DNA of 64,000 nucleotides. Origin: Antedon mediterranea (Eukaryota; Animalia; Echinodermata). The translations under genes were made by a program, and so were the position numbers. Positions 52,301 through 60,549 of this stretch are shown piece after piece. Within the stretch, counting starts at the first letter, position 1. Each line of letters starts with the position of its first letter. Under the pieces are notes generated by a model. It ran no database searches. It was given only the letters and a program-made list of their open reading frames with translations, and had not been told where the DNA came from. The DNA is taken from NCBI RefSeq assembly GCF_964355755.1, contig NC_092671.1:33862304-33926303 (forward strand), read 5' to 3'.

Positions 52301-55300
52301 TATAAGCCTTTGGGGTTATCTTAAATATATTATTAAGCAAATTGTACACAAAGGTGGTTGTTTTTTTTTTAACTTCCATTAATTGTAATAAAACTGGCGA
52401 TTTTCTTGTAGGGTTGGGATTAGCTAATTTTTCTCGGTAATTTTGAGAGATAACATTAACTAAACCAAAAAAAAGAATGAAGTTGCAATTTATAGCATAG
52501 GTATTTTTAAATTCAGTATATGTCATAAAGCGTTGGTTGTTAAGCCTTACATCTGAAATATAATTTACACCTTTTAAGCTCCATGATCTATAAAATATAG
52601 TTTTCTTATTAATTTTAATGTTTTGATTGTACCACAATACTTCATCAGATACATCGTCACCATAATCATTTCTTAGTTTAAACCAGGCTATTAAAACATC
52701 TTGTAAAAAGGAGTTACCAAGCTTTTCATAATTAATTCCTATCCCTTGTTTTGGTTTACAAAGCCAGATCCATTCCCCACCGATGCTCAAAATTTGTTTC
52801 CTAAATAATTGTTTCCATTTTCCGTTTGTGGTTGTGTCTAAAAATCTTTTAACCCAAGTTATTTTTAGGGCTTCATTAAATTTATAAATATTTGTCATTT
52901 TTAAACCTCCATTATCTTTATCATTATACATAGTCTCTCTACTTACTCTATCAGGCTTCCCGCTCCAAAAAAATTTAAATAGAGTTCGCTCCAATTTTTT
53001 CATAAATTCACTTGAAGGGGATGGGAGGACAGAGAATAAATATGTTAATTGAGAAAGAGCCAGTGATTTGATAATTGTAACCTTACCTATTGGTGTTAAA
53101 TCTCTTTGGGACCAAATATTCAGGATTTTCTTTAGTTTCTCAAATTGAACATCATAATTTAATTCAAAGAGTTTGCTTTTATCCAAAGATATGTTTATTC
53201 CCAGAAATTTAACCGGTCCTTTAGTCAATCTATAATCAGGAGTGAAGTTCTTAATTTTATTTTTCAGCCTACCAATATTTAAAAAGCTGGATTTTGCCTT
53301 ATTTAATTTCAACCCGGAAATATTACCAAAGTTTTCTATAACTTTAATTGCATTAGCAATGGATGTTTCAGTTCCATCCAAAATTAGAGTAGTATCATCC
53401 GCAAATTGGGTGATTTTTATTTGACTGTCAGGATTAACACAAATTCCCTTAATTCTGTTGTTTTCCCGTACTGCAATGCCCATTATTTCAGCACACAAAA
53501 TAAAAATATAACAACTTAGTGGGCACCCTTGACGCACGCCCCTTGTTATTTTGAAATAGTTGGATAGGTAACCATTATTGATAACACAACTACTTATATC
53601 TGTATAAAACAAATTGACCCAATTCTTTAAGTCATTTCCAAAACCAAAGAGATCAAGGCACTTATCGATATAAGACCATTCAATTTTATCGTACGCCTTT
53701 TCAAAATCGATAAAAAATAAGGTTCCTGGAATATCGTTTTTATCTGAAAATTCAATCAGGTCTATTATTAATCTGATATTTTCTCCTATATACCTGTTTG
53801 GCAAAAATCCGGTCTGATCATTAGAGATAATTGTTCCCAGAACATTCCTCATTCTGTTTGAAATGGCTTTTGTAATTATTTTATAATCAACGTTTAAAAT
53901 GGATATAGGCCTCCAATTTTTTAATAATAATTCATCTTTGCCATCCTTCGGAATTAGTGAAATTACCCCTCTTCGTTGACTATCTGATAATCTACCATTT
54001 TTAAAACAGTAATTAAATGATTCAACTAGAATGTCACCAATTTGATTCCAGAAAGTTTTATAAAATTCCACTGGATAGCCGTCACATCCTGGACTTTTTG
54101 AATTCGCCATAGATTTCATGGCAATTGTACATTCGTCTAATTCAACTTGACCTTCACAATTTTTCATTTCATTTTCGGATAGTCTAGGTATATTATTAGG
54201 AGAAATGCCAAGTTTTTCTAGCATTTCAACATTATTAATAGAACAATCACTACTGTATAACTTAGAATAAAAATGATATTCCTCTTTTAATACTTTCTTA
54301 TTCCCAGTGACAATGTTTCCTTTATCATTTTTTAAATTTAGTATAGATTTTTTATTGTGATGTATTTTCTCAAGGTTTAAAAAGTATTTAGAATTCTTTT
54401 CACCCTCTTCTATCCATCTACATTTACTACGTATCATTGCCCCTCTAGCTTTATAATTATATATTAATTCCAATTCTCTTTTTTTAGTTTCAAGGTTGAG
54501 GGAGGTGTCTGGGTTTGAATTTTCTGCATACGATATTTCTAGCTCATTAATTTCTTTTTCAAGCTTTTGTTGATGTTTATTACGTTTTTTTGCCTTTTTC
54601 ACAGAATAGTTAATAGTTTGACCCCTAATAACACATTTGATTGTTTCCCATAGGATATCTGGAGTCGCTTCATTATTCTCATTTTTAATATTTGTAATGC
54701 TTTGTTTAATCATATTGACATAATCTATATCCGTTAATAGTGAAACATTTAATTTCCAAGTTCCTTTACCCGGTTTTTCATAATTATTTTTAAAAGCGAC
54801 AGTAATCATTGAATGGTCCGTCCTATAACCAGATGTTATTACATTGTTTTCCACACATGTTTTAAGCGATTTAGTGATTAAAAAGAAATCCAGTCGACAT
54901 AATATAGGTGGGTCATTATTCGATTGCCAAGTAAATTTCTTTGAGTTCGGATTCATTTTACGCCATATATCTATTAAAGATCTTTTTTCCATACATTTTT
55001 TTATCTCATCACGGGCCTTAAAATTGGTATGCATTCTACCACCTTTTTTATCAAGAGTTAAGTCTAGAACACAATTAAAATCCCCTCCATAAATAATGTG
55101 ATTGCAGCAAAAATCATCTAGTAACTTATCTATTTCTCTAAAAAACTGAGGGCTATCTGCATTAGGGGCATATATATTAATGCATGTAAAAGTAAATTAC
55201 TTTCAATAAAGGTATAATTATATTATAGTGGCAGGAATCATTCCTGATTCAAATGCAAAATGTGCAAAATAGATCAAAAACTATACTCGTTTTGTAGTTA

Positions 55301-58300
55301 CGAATATGATGATATGGTGATATTCGTCAACACGAATACGCTTTACGAATATGAAATGGGGATCAGCTCAAAAGTTTCACAAATGTGTGACGTATCCGTT
55401 TTTGTTATCGTATTCGTAAGGTTGCGAAACCTCCGTAATAACTAAGACTAACATCCGATTTACACAAAGACGATAAAAATAGATTTGTATGCATTTTTTA
55501 TATATAACAAGTTTTCATCCTAGAACTTTTATATAAGATAGCTAACATCATGTCTTTCATAAAACTAATATTATACACGTCCAATTAAATGACGTCATGA
55601 TAAGTAAGAGCAATAATACCGAGAGACGGTGTAACGCTATGTTCTTACTGGATTTGTTTGTACTATTGGATTTTTCAACAACAAAAAAACACATCATAAA
55701 TGGTTATCCAATAGTTCTAGAAAGATAACTCTCCTAATTTATTTTTTTATTTGTAAGACTAAATGGGGGTTTATCTATTTCAGCTACTGCTGTCGTCCTA
55801 GTTTGTATCAGCCTTTGTTTGTTTGTTTTTTATTGATTTTCCACACAAAATGAATATGATAATTAAGTAACAATAAACATATATATACAAGAAAGATGTG
55901 TGGTTGGTGGGCAAATAAGTTCAAAGAACTTTAAGGCTTACCAACCAGAAAAGATACAATAAACATTATCAAGTATGACGAGTAATTAATACATAGTAAG
56001 AATATAAAATAAGAAGTAAAAATACATAAGTAAAATAAAAAAATTAAAAAGTAAATAGCCTAAATAAGAAAAACAGTAGTACTGTATAAGTTATTAAAAT
56101 GAATCATAAGTGTTTTAAACTTTAGCATTTGCACAAGTTATAATAAGTTACGTAGTATTTAAGTACTAATAAATTATTAATATTCAGAGACTAAAATCTT
56201 TTTGTAGTTGTATTTAAAACTAGAGACTGTACATTTTCTTTTTAACTCTTGTGAGATAACTCTCCAGAGCTTAGGTCCAACATAAAAAAACAAAGTGACG
56301 ACGGGGCTTATAAAACGACTTATCAGGAATAAAATTATTTATCGAACTTCTAGTGTTATGTGTATGAACTTCAGCAGTTTTTGAAAATAGAGAACTTATA
56401 TGAAAAGGCAAGATATTTTTAGATAAGCGGAACATAAATAGAGCTATCTGAAGCTTATTCAAATCATAAATGTTTAGAACGTTAAGCTTATAAAAAAGTA
56501 ATTTCGAATGTGATCTATAAGATTGCCCTGCACAAAATACGTAAAGCAAGTTTCTGTAATTTGAACAAGCAGTCATTATGGGTAGTCTCATTACTAAGCC
56601 ATGGGCACAATGTATCGAACTTATCTAAGGTAACGGCCCAACTTAAATTAATATATGAAAGAGAAGGTAAAACTAAGACATTGTATAATGTGAGTAGGAT
56701 TTGTTGATGGAGTAGATGTTTAAGTTTGTTAATTATACCTATGTTTCTAGCCTTCAAGCTACTGGTTGTATTAATATGTTGCTTCCATGTCAAATTTGAG
56801 TCAATAGTGACACCAAGGAACTTGATTTCATGAACATGGTTAATTAGCATTTTATCTATGTATATATTTTTATCTGTTTTTGTTTTGGCTTTAGGTTTTG
56901 AAAAAATAATGTAATTGGTTTTGGATATGTTAAGAATTAATTTGTTGCATTTTAACCAGTTTGATATGTTACAAAGTTCATTGTTCATGATATTAAATAA
57001 AGTGTTAAGATTAGAATGTGAATAAAATATGTTAGTATCATCGGCAAAAAGAATAAATTTGAGTATTCTAGAGCTGGAGGGTATGTCGTTAACAAAAATA
57101 GAAAATAAAAGTGGGCCTAGGATTGAGCCTTGGGGAACTCCACATGTAATAAGTGAGTAACTAGAAATAATAATAAATGCCAACATGGAAATATACAAGT
57201 CATAATGCATTAAGACAAGAATTAGGCGGGTTGTCATTGCAAAAAAAAATAGACAATTTCTTAACCTAATACTTTTTTTGTAAAATTATTTATAAGTTAA
57301 CACCAGTATATCTTTACTCATTATTTAATTTTGAAGTTTATAACTTGCGTAACGTCAGAAATATTATAATTCCATTTTGTAAGACCACATCATATAGTTT
57401 ATCTTTTGTCCCATCTATTATAACACATTGGAACGAATTAACAAATGAAATAATCCTCATCTCTTCTTGAGTTTAAAAATTGCTGAAAACCAACTTATTT
57501 AAAACAAAAAAAAACGTTCTTATTATGATACAGGTGATAAGAAGATTACCCAAATTCACACTAGAATCCGACTTGGTTTCAGCTGTCTTAATTCGCATTT
57601 ATTCTTACATGGAATTTGGGACAATCCAAATTGTACTTGTGGCTTTAACTTTGAGAATCCGCTTCATTTCTTATGTTACTGCCCTAAATATAATACACAA
57701 AGAGATGTACAAACATTTCTTGTTAATTCTGGAAGATTTGATTGATGTTTTTGTTTTTAAAATGTTGTATTTGTTAATATGAGGCCTCTTGAAGCTAAGG
57801 TGGTTCCACCTTGTAAGGGGCCTCTGTCTAATATACTGAATAAAAAAAAGTAAAAAATGCCAACAAGCACAATTTTCGTCTAAAGTTATGAGAATCGTTT
57901 TGCTCCTTCTGGCTTATTTGTTTTTGGTTTAGTTTAAAATGATAGTTAGTGGACATTAAGAGGTAGACAGAAGTACCTTGCAGTAAAATAGAAATACTTT
58001 GACTTAGTGCTAAGCCGTATTATCATTCCATTTATTACAGAAATTAATTAGCATTGCTACATGACTATGCCTATATTGCTTGCTCCTGGCAAGATTGTAC
58101 TTGAAATGCAGTTTAACCCAATATATAGACAAACGATCTAAGTAACCACTTATCACAGAATGTTTGTATCAAAATGAAGATATGTGTTATATGATATTAT
58201 ATTATGTTATATTATATTACTATGAAATATGCTATAAACTATGTATCATGTTGATTTTTGGAAAATTATAAACTGTAAAACCATATGTAGTGAAAAAAAA

Positions 58301-58560
58301 CTACATTTGCAAGGTGGTTAGAAAGTTGAACATTTATAAACACGGTAACATTTAGGTTAAATGTGGTAGAACATTCTAGGCCTATCATTACATTTTATAT
58401 TATATTACATTTTAAAAATATTTTTTGTACATACTTCATTGTTTCAGACAATTTTCAAAAAGGCCAAAATCTCTTTTTTGCAAACCGTAACAAACTTTAA
58501 ATAAAATGTTTTCAATAATTGTTTTAACTATTGTACACCTACCTTAAAGTATAATTCCAT
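21622..58560 (-). CDS. Adhesion GPCR, ~1988 aa, 36 coding exons: signal peptide, HYR x2, C-type lectin, HYR x12, GAIN/GPS, 7TM, acidic tail
   Basis: Exons 5'->3': 58560-58543, 49513-49483, 49227-48994, 48677-48435, 47984-47580, 45731-45474, 43624-43364, 43126-42884, 42748-42503, 42281-42036, 41931-41686, 41528-41280, 36182-35937, 35639-35394, 35141-34899, 34462-34217, 34026-33755, 33551-33378, 32995-32954, 32565-32454, 32126-31971, 31396-31300, 30848-30734, 28618-28551, 27831-27714, 27200-27097, 26755-26647, 26094-25871, 24903-24837, 24710-24628, 24392-24233, 23761-23696, 23528-23492, 23179-23117, 22304-22260, 21815-21622. All are GT-AG with compatible phases, totalling 5967 nt. The first two exons and the donors at 48435 and 33755 are the least certain. 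Confidence 0.85.
24233..27200 (-). CDS. Adhesion GPCR 7TM domain exons (secretin-like, 7tm_2)
   Basis: TM3 CTTFGVLIHFFYMAILMWLIVEC, TM4 YLICGWG, ECL2 CWL, TM5 AFIFP, TM6 FTWMF, TM7 ASNGIFVALYC. Confidence 0.9.
25063..25095. repeat. (AACAT)n microsatellite
   Basis: Pentamer run. Confidence 0.85.
26170..26548 (-). mobile_element. Helentron-associated (HINE/DINE-1-like) non-autonomous element
   Basis: The minus strand begins TTTTTAGTCGCGT..ACGTGACT (inverted repeat), followed by (GGTC)n. A similar head lies at 58846 on the plus strand. Confidence 0.5.
27714..33551 (-). CDS. Adhesion GPCR GAIN domain exons ending in the GPS motif
   Basis: Spliced GPS reads HAVCSFWDEGDSKWSTLGCRRTDVIETMSPVECRCEHT/TTFGIFVP, with the conserved C, W, W, C and C-x-C-x-H. 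Confidence 0.85.
28716..30431 (+). mobile_element. 5'-truncated degenerate Tx1/L1-like LINE in an aGPCR intron
   Basis: 15-bp TSD AATGTATGAGATTAA at 28701-28715 and 30432-30446. ORF2 C-terminal remnants LWENRHI, FKLLHRILP and CDKC..ETEKHMLYKC. A-tail present. Confidence 0.85.
31700..31900 (+). mobile_element. Possible ancient SINE central-domain remnant
   Basis: GTCCTTCGGATG..AAGCCGTTGGTCC resembles conserved Deu/Nin/Meta-type SINE cores. This is recalled from memory, not searched. Confidence 0.3.
33755..49227 (-). CDS. HYR (hyalin repeat) array of the adhesion GPCR, one domain per exon (14 domains)
   Basis: Thirteen phase-1/1 exons of 234-261 nt, plus a last 272-nt phase-1/0 exon. Consensus D.E.P.F..CP..I...T......V.W..P.A.DNS.....S.H.PG..F.IG.T.V.Y.A.D..GN...C.F.I.V. 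Confidence 0.92.
34573..34776. mobile_element. PIF/Harbinger-type MITE
   Basis: ~35-bp TIRs AGCCTGTTTTCCTGTCGACGTTATTCGA.. / ..TCGAATAACGTCGACAGGAAAACAGGCT, with TAA TSD on both sides. Confidence 0.85.
36695..36766 (+). tRNA. tRNA-like sequence or pseudo-tRNA (positional anticodon TGT), repeat-borne
   Basis: A box TGGTCTAGTGG, B box GGTTCGAATCC, anticodon arm CTCGC-CCTGTAA-GCGAG, T5 terminator. It has C33 instead of U33 and mismatches in the acceptor and T stems. Confidence 0.55.
37062..37133 (+). tRNA. tRNA-like sequence or pseudo-tRNA, second copy
   Basis: As above, 367 bp downstream. Acceptor stem GGCTCTG/CAGAGAC has one mismatch. Confidence 0.6.
37650..37946. repeat. Minisatellite (CATGCATTTACAGTAT / CATACATTACAGTACAGTATAT variants)
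   Basis: Degenerate 16-22-bp tandem units. Confidence 0.9.
38262..38640. repeat. ~77-bp tandem repeat, ~5 copies
   Basis: AGCTGAAGCAGAAAGGAAATAAAGTGATATACATGAAGTTAATAAATTGTGCGTTGGAAAT.. repeated. Confidence 0.9.
39205..39610. repeat. Minisatellite of the same family as 37650-37946; continues at ~40804-40885 after a Helitron insertion
   Basis: TTTACAGTATATCATGCA-type units. Confidence 0.9.
39611..40803 (-). mobile_element. Complete non-autonomous Helitron
   Basis: Minus strand reads A|TCTATATATAAA ... hairpin CTAGATGGTACGCGAGCAAAGCGAGCGTACCATCTAG|T. Inserted between A and T with no TSD. The 5' ~200 bp are shared with the copy at 62413 (+). Confidence 0.85.
43671..45069 (+). mobile_element. 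5'-truncated RTE-X-like LINE with disrupted RT
   Basis: NYRPIAL, FLDASKA, GVRQGGVMSPLLYNVY and FADDLVLLAPS, with stops and frameshifts. 3' AATAAA. Same family as 60550-62410. Confidence 0.85.
46131..47447. mobile_element. Non-autonomous TIR transposon with TTAA TSD (Kolobok-like)
   Basis: TTAA|AGTGGAGCTCCACCCAGA ... TCTGAGTGTAGCTCCACT|TTAA. Confidence 0.8.
47580..47984 (-). CDS. C-type lectin-like domain exon of the adhesion GPCR
   Basis: C..YQGNCY...C...GAQPISIHSNAENEFV...VFIGL...WTDGTP...C...W...C......C. A 405-nt phase-1/1 exon. Confidence 0.9.
50270..55190 (-). mobile_element. Young 5'-truncated Tx1/L1-clade LINE
   Basis: 14-bp TSD AGTAAATTACTTTC at 50256-50269 and 55191-55204. Poly(A) tail seen as the T-run at 50270-50287, with AATAAA. 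ORF2 is uninterrupted. Confidence 0.93.
51744..55190 (-). CDS. LINE ORF2: partial APE endonuclease, reverse transcriptase and C-terminal zinc-binding (zf-RVT-like) domain
   Basis: Open from the truncation point: INIYAPN, GGDFN, RLDFFL, TDH; KSPGCDG, NWRPISILN, IDFEKAYD, GVRQGCPLS, QFADDT; CSLC..ESVMHLMWSC. Confidence 0.93.
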   Translation of the reverse strand, partial: FTCINIYAPNADSPQFFREIDKLLDDFCCNHIIYGGDFNCVLDLTLDKKGGRMHTNFKARDEIKKCMEKRSLIDIWRKMNPNSKKFTWQSNNDPPILCRLDFFLITKSLKTCVENNVITSGYRTDHSMITVAFKNNYEKPGKGTWKLNVSLLTDIDYVNMIKQSITNIKNENNEATPDILWETIKCVIRGQTINYSVKKAKKRNKHQQKLEKEINELEISYAENSNPDTSLNLETKKRELELIYNYKARGAMIRSKCRWIEEGEKNSKYFLNLEKIHHNKKSILNLKNDKGNIVTGNKKVLKEEYHFYSKLYSSDCSINNVEMLEKLGISPNNIPRLSENEMKNCEGQVELDECTIAMKSMANSKSPGCDGYPVEFYKTFWNQIGDILVESFNYCFKNGRLSDSQRRGVISLIPKDGKDELLLKNWRPISILNVDYKIITKAISNRMRNVLGTIISNDQTGFLPNRYIGENIRLIIDLIEFSDKNDIPGTLFFIDFEKAYDKIEWSYIDKCLDLFGFGNDLKNWVNLFYTDISSCVINNGYLSNYFKITRGVRQGCPLSCYIFILCAEIMGIAVRENNRIKGICVNPDSQIKITQFADDTTLILDGTETSIANAIKVIENFGNISGLKLNKAKSSFLNIGRLKNKIKNFTPDYRLTKGPVKFLGINISLDKSKLFELNYDVQFEKLKKILNIWSQRDLTPIGKVTIIKSLALSQLTYLFSVLPSPSSEFMKKLERTLFKFFWSGKPDRVSRETMYNDKDNGGLKMTNIYKFNEALKITWVKRFLDTTTNGKWKQLFRKQILSIGGEWIWLCKPKQGIGINYEKLGNSFLQDVLIAWFKLRNDYGDDVSDEVLWYNQNIKINKKTIFYRSWSLKGVNYISDVRLNNQRFMTYTEFKNTYAINCNFILFFGLVNVISQNYREKLANPNPTRKSPVLLQLMEVKKKTTTFVYNLLNNIFKITPKAYRKWSNEFNQEPNLVKVNWNLIYRMPYECTLDTKTQYLQFRFIHRILPTNELLHKIGLIQDNKCSLCSKEKESVMHLMWSCEKTSKLWDDVFYWFRKLDITIRLNYIDICFGIFEYKYSTFVNMILLLAKRYIYKCKINEIPLNFIHFKRWVLFTETVENNIAKNKNKYNVHIKKWEPLLERDNDN
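55815..57165 (-). mobile_element. 5'-truncated L2/CR1-group LINE fragment
   Basis: CGVPQGSILGPLLF, LFADDT and KFLGVTID, with a frameshifted C-terminus. Tail is AATAAA followed by (AAAC)n. Confidence 0.85.
57270..57860 (+). mobile_element. Old CR1/L2-like LINE 3' remnant
   Basis: Degenerate WNEL..., RLGFSCLNSHLF...CTCG...HFLCYCP coding remnants followed by AATAAAAAAA. Confidence 0.5.
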
Positions 58561-58845
58561 ATTTTTTCAAAGTTTCAATAAGCAGCTACTTTGTATAGAT
58601 ATAGACCTGGCGATTGCTTGTAACTCATTATTAATATTACGAAGATATTGTATTTTAAGTACTCTATTGATCGAATGATCGATAAAGATACGTACTGTTA
58701 TAGATCTTTGATTGGCTGTTTGATTAGTTTTGTTTCCATGGTAAATCCCGTGACCATTATAAGAACACACAAACATTTGAAGAAATTATAGATTAATTCA
58801 CTAATTTCATTCAATATCAAATATGAACCATGGTAAACTGTATGT

Positions 58846-59090
58846 TTAGTCACGTAAAAACGCGAATTTATAGCTTACTATGTCGTTCGGTTGGTCGTTC
58901 GGTCGGTACGGTAACACTAACTCAATTTTGTGCACGCGAATGCAGCCATGTACGGTATATTATATGGCCTTTTTAACGTTACTGCGTGTTATAATGAAGA
59001 ATATACTAATGTATAAACATTTAGAATCGGGCAACATGTTGTTTAAAGTTAAATGGTTTGTTGAAACATAACGAGTCAATCAAAATAAAA
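58846..59090 (+). mobile_element. Degenerate HINE/DINE-like element head
   Basis: TTTAGTCACGT..ACGCGA..TATAGCTTACTATGT(CGGT)n..ACACTAA..CAGCCATGTA, similar to the reverse complement of 26450-26548. Confidence 0.45.
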
Positions 59091-60014
59091 TGTTTTTCTT
59101 AGGCAAATTCATATAAAAGTATTATATGATAAAAAAACTAAAATAAATACACAGAACAATAATTATATTGAATAATGCATACGGGTACTGCACTTTTAAA
59201 AAGTACAGTAGATATATAGATTTATAATTCATTTATTAAATTGCAATGATTTTTATGAATAATTAGACTTCAAATAAATAGTAATTTACACTGGACGTAT
59301 TTGACAGTTTGAGAAATATATGCATACAATTATAGGTCTAATGCATGCTATATATGCGTAATTAATGTTTGCTAATGTTATTATCGTGTATTATCAATTT
59401 GCAATGGAGGGCTATTTTTTTAATTTGGTTAAAACATCCAAACGAGCACATTGTTTGTTTGACACTATTTTTTTTAAACAAATGTTATCTTCTGGATGCT
59501 ACAGTGTGTGTTTTTATTTACTTAAGAGCAGTTTTTATGAGTCCGGGTCAAAGGTTACTATAAATGGAACTCTTTTCTCTTTTTTAATATACAGTTTATT
59601 GACTCCTTCACTTTACGACAGTACTTGTTAGATCGATTAATTTGGACAATAATATCGATCTTGTTTTATCGATCCACCGGAGCAATGCCCATAGTTTGTA
59701 GACCTATATAACTTAACGGAGTGCAAGTAATGGCATTTATTGAGTAATTTACACGTTTATCAATGTTTATGGAAACTCAGGCGCCATAAATATATTTCCA
59801 ACACGTTAAGTCAGAATAATAAAAAATTAAATTATAAATAATTATTCATTTTTCCACGCCGTCAACATCTCACGGTTGTGAACATTCGTGCAATTTAATA
59901 AACCCCTTAGAGCAATATATGATAAAAATAAGGGCCAAGAGACTCTTCCAATAAGATAATCAATCAATATAAGTGACCTCTTCTATTCTCTTATATTGAT
60001 TCTTCTCTCCTACT

Positions 60015-60371
60015 AACCAAGATTGCTGCCCATCATATTCTCATATATTGCTCCAAAGAATATCTTATATTTATCGGTAGATTCGTCATCAGATTCGCTT
60101 TCGTCACCAACTTTAGTTATCTGTTGAAACATAATTTGAACAATGTGTTATAACGATAAAAATCATGTTCCTACGGAAAGCGTTTAATACACAATTAATA
60201 GGATGAAACAAACATAATTAAAAAAAAAAATATCACTACAATATTATACCATAGTATTTGTAGTCTGTTTTTTTTTTCAAAACTGTGGTCTATTGGTTCG
60301 ACGAAGATGATGATTGATTGTTTTTTATACTAACCTGTTGTCATATCTAAACCTATTGTTGATTCACTTCC
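60015..60371 (-). CDS. 3'-terminal exons of a probable upstream tandem paralog of the adhesion GPCR (possibly frameshifted)
   Basis: The 37-nt exon 60371-60335 (GSESTIGLDMTT) mirrors the 37-nt exon 23528-23492 (GSESSIGIDIGT), with the same TTTACAG and GTTAGT sites. The next exon starts at 60120 and contains GAATCTGATGACGAATCT, as in the last aGPCR exon. Confidence 0.6.
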
Positions 60372-60549
60372 CTGTAAAACAAAACAACAAATTTAAATAC
60401 AAGATATCATTTTAATGTGTTGAGATTAGGCCTATAAGTTAAAATAGTGATGATAATGTTGGAGTGCGTTTAGCGTTCGCCTACAGTAACTCATGTTATT
60501 TGTAAAGAAATCATGCAAATGCGTGTGATCCTTGAGCAAGATTCTTTAC

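Larger units (their letters stand above)
49987..55435. mobile_element. MITE (Harbinger/ISL2EU-like, TA-flanked) split by a Tx1/L1 insertion
   Basis: ~50-bp imperfect TIRs GGGAGGTTTTGCAATCTTACGAATACGATAAC..CGGATACGTCAC (49987) and GTGACGTATCCG..GTTATCGTATTCGTAAGGTTGCGAAACCTCC (to ~55435). Confidence 0.75.
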
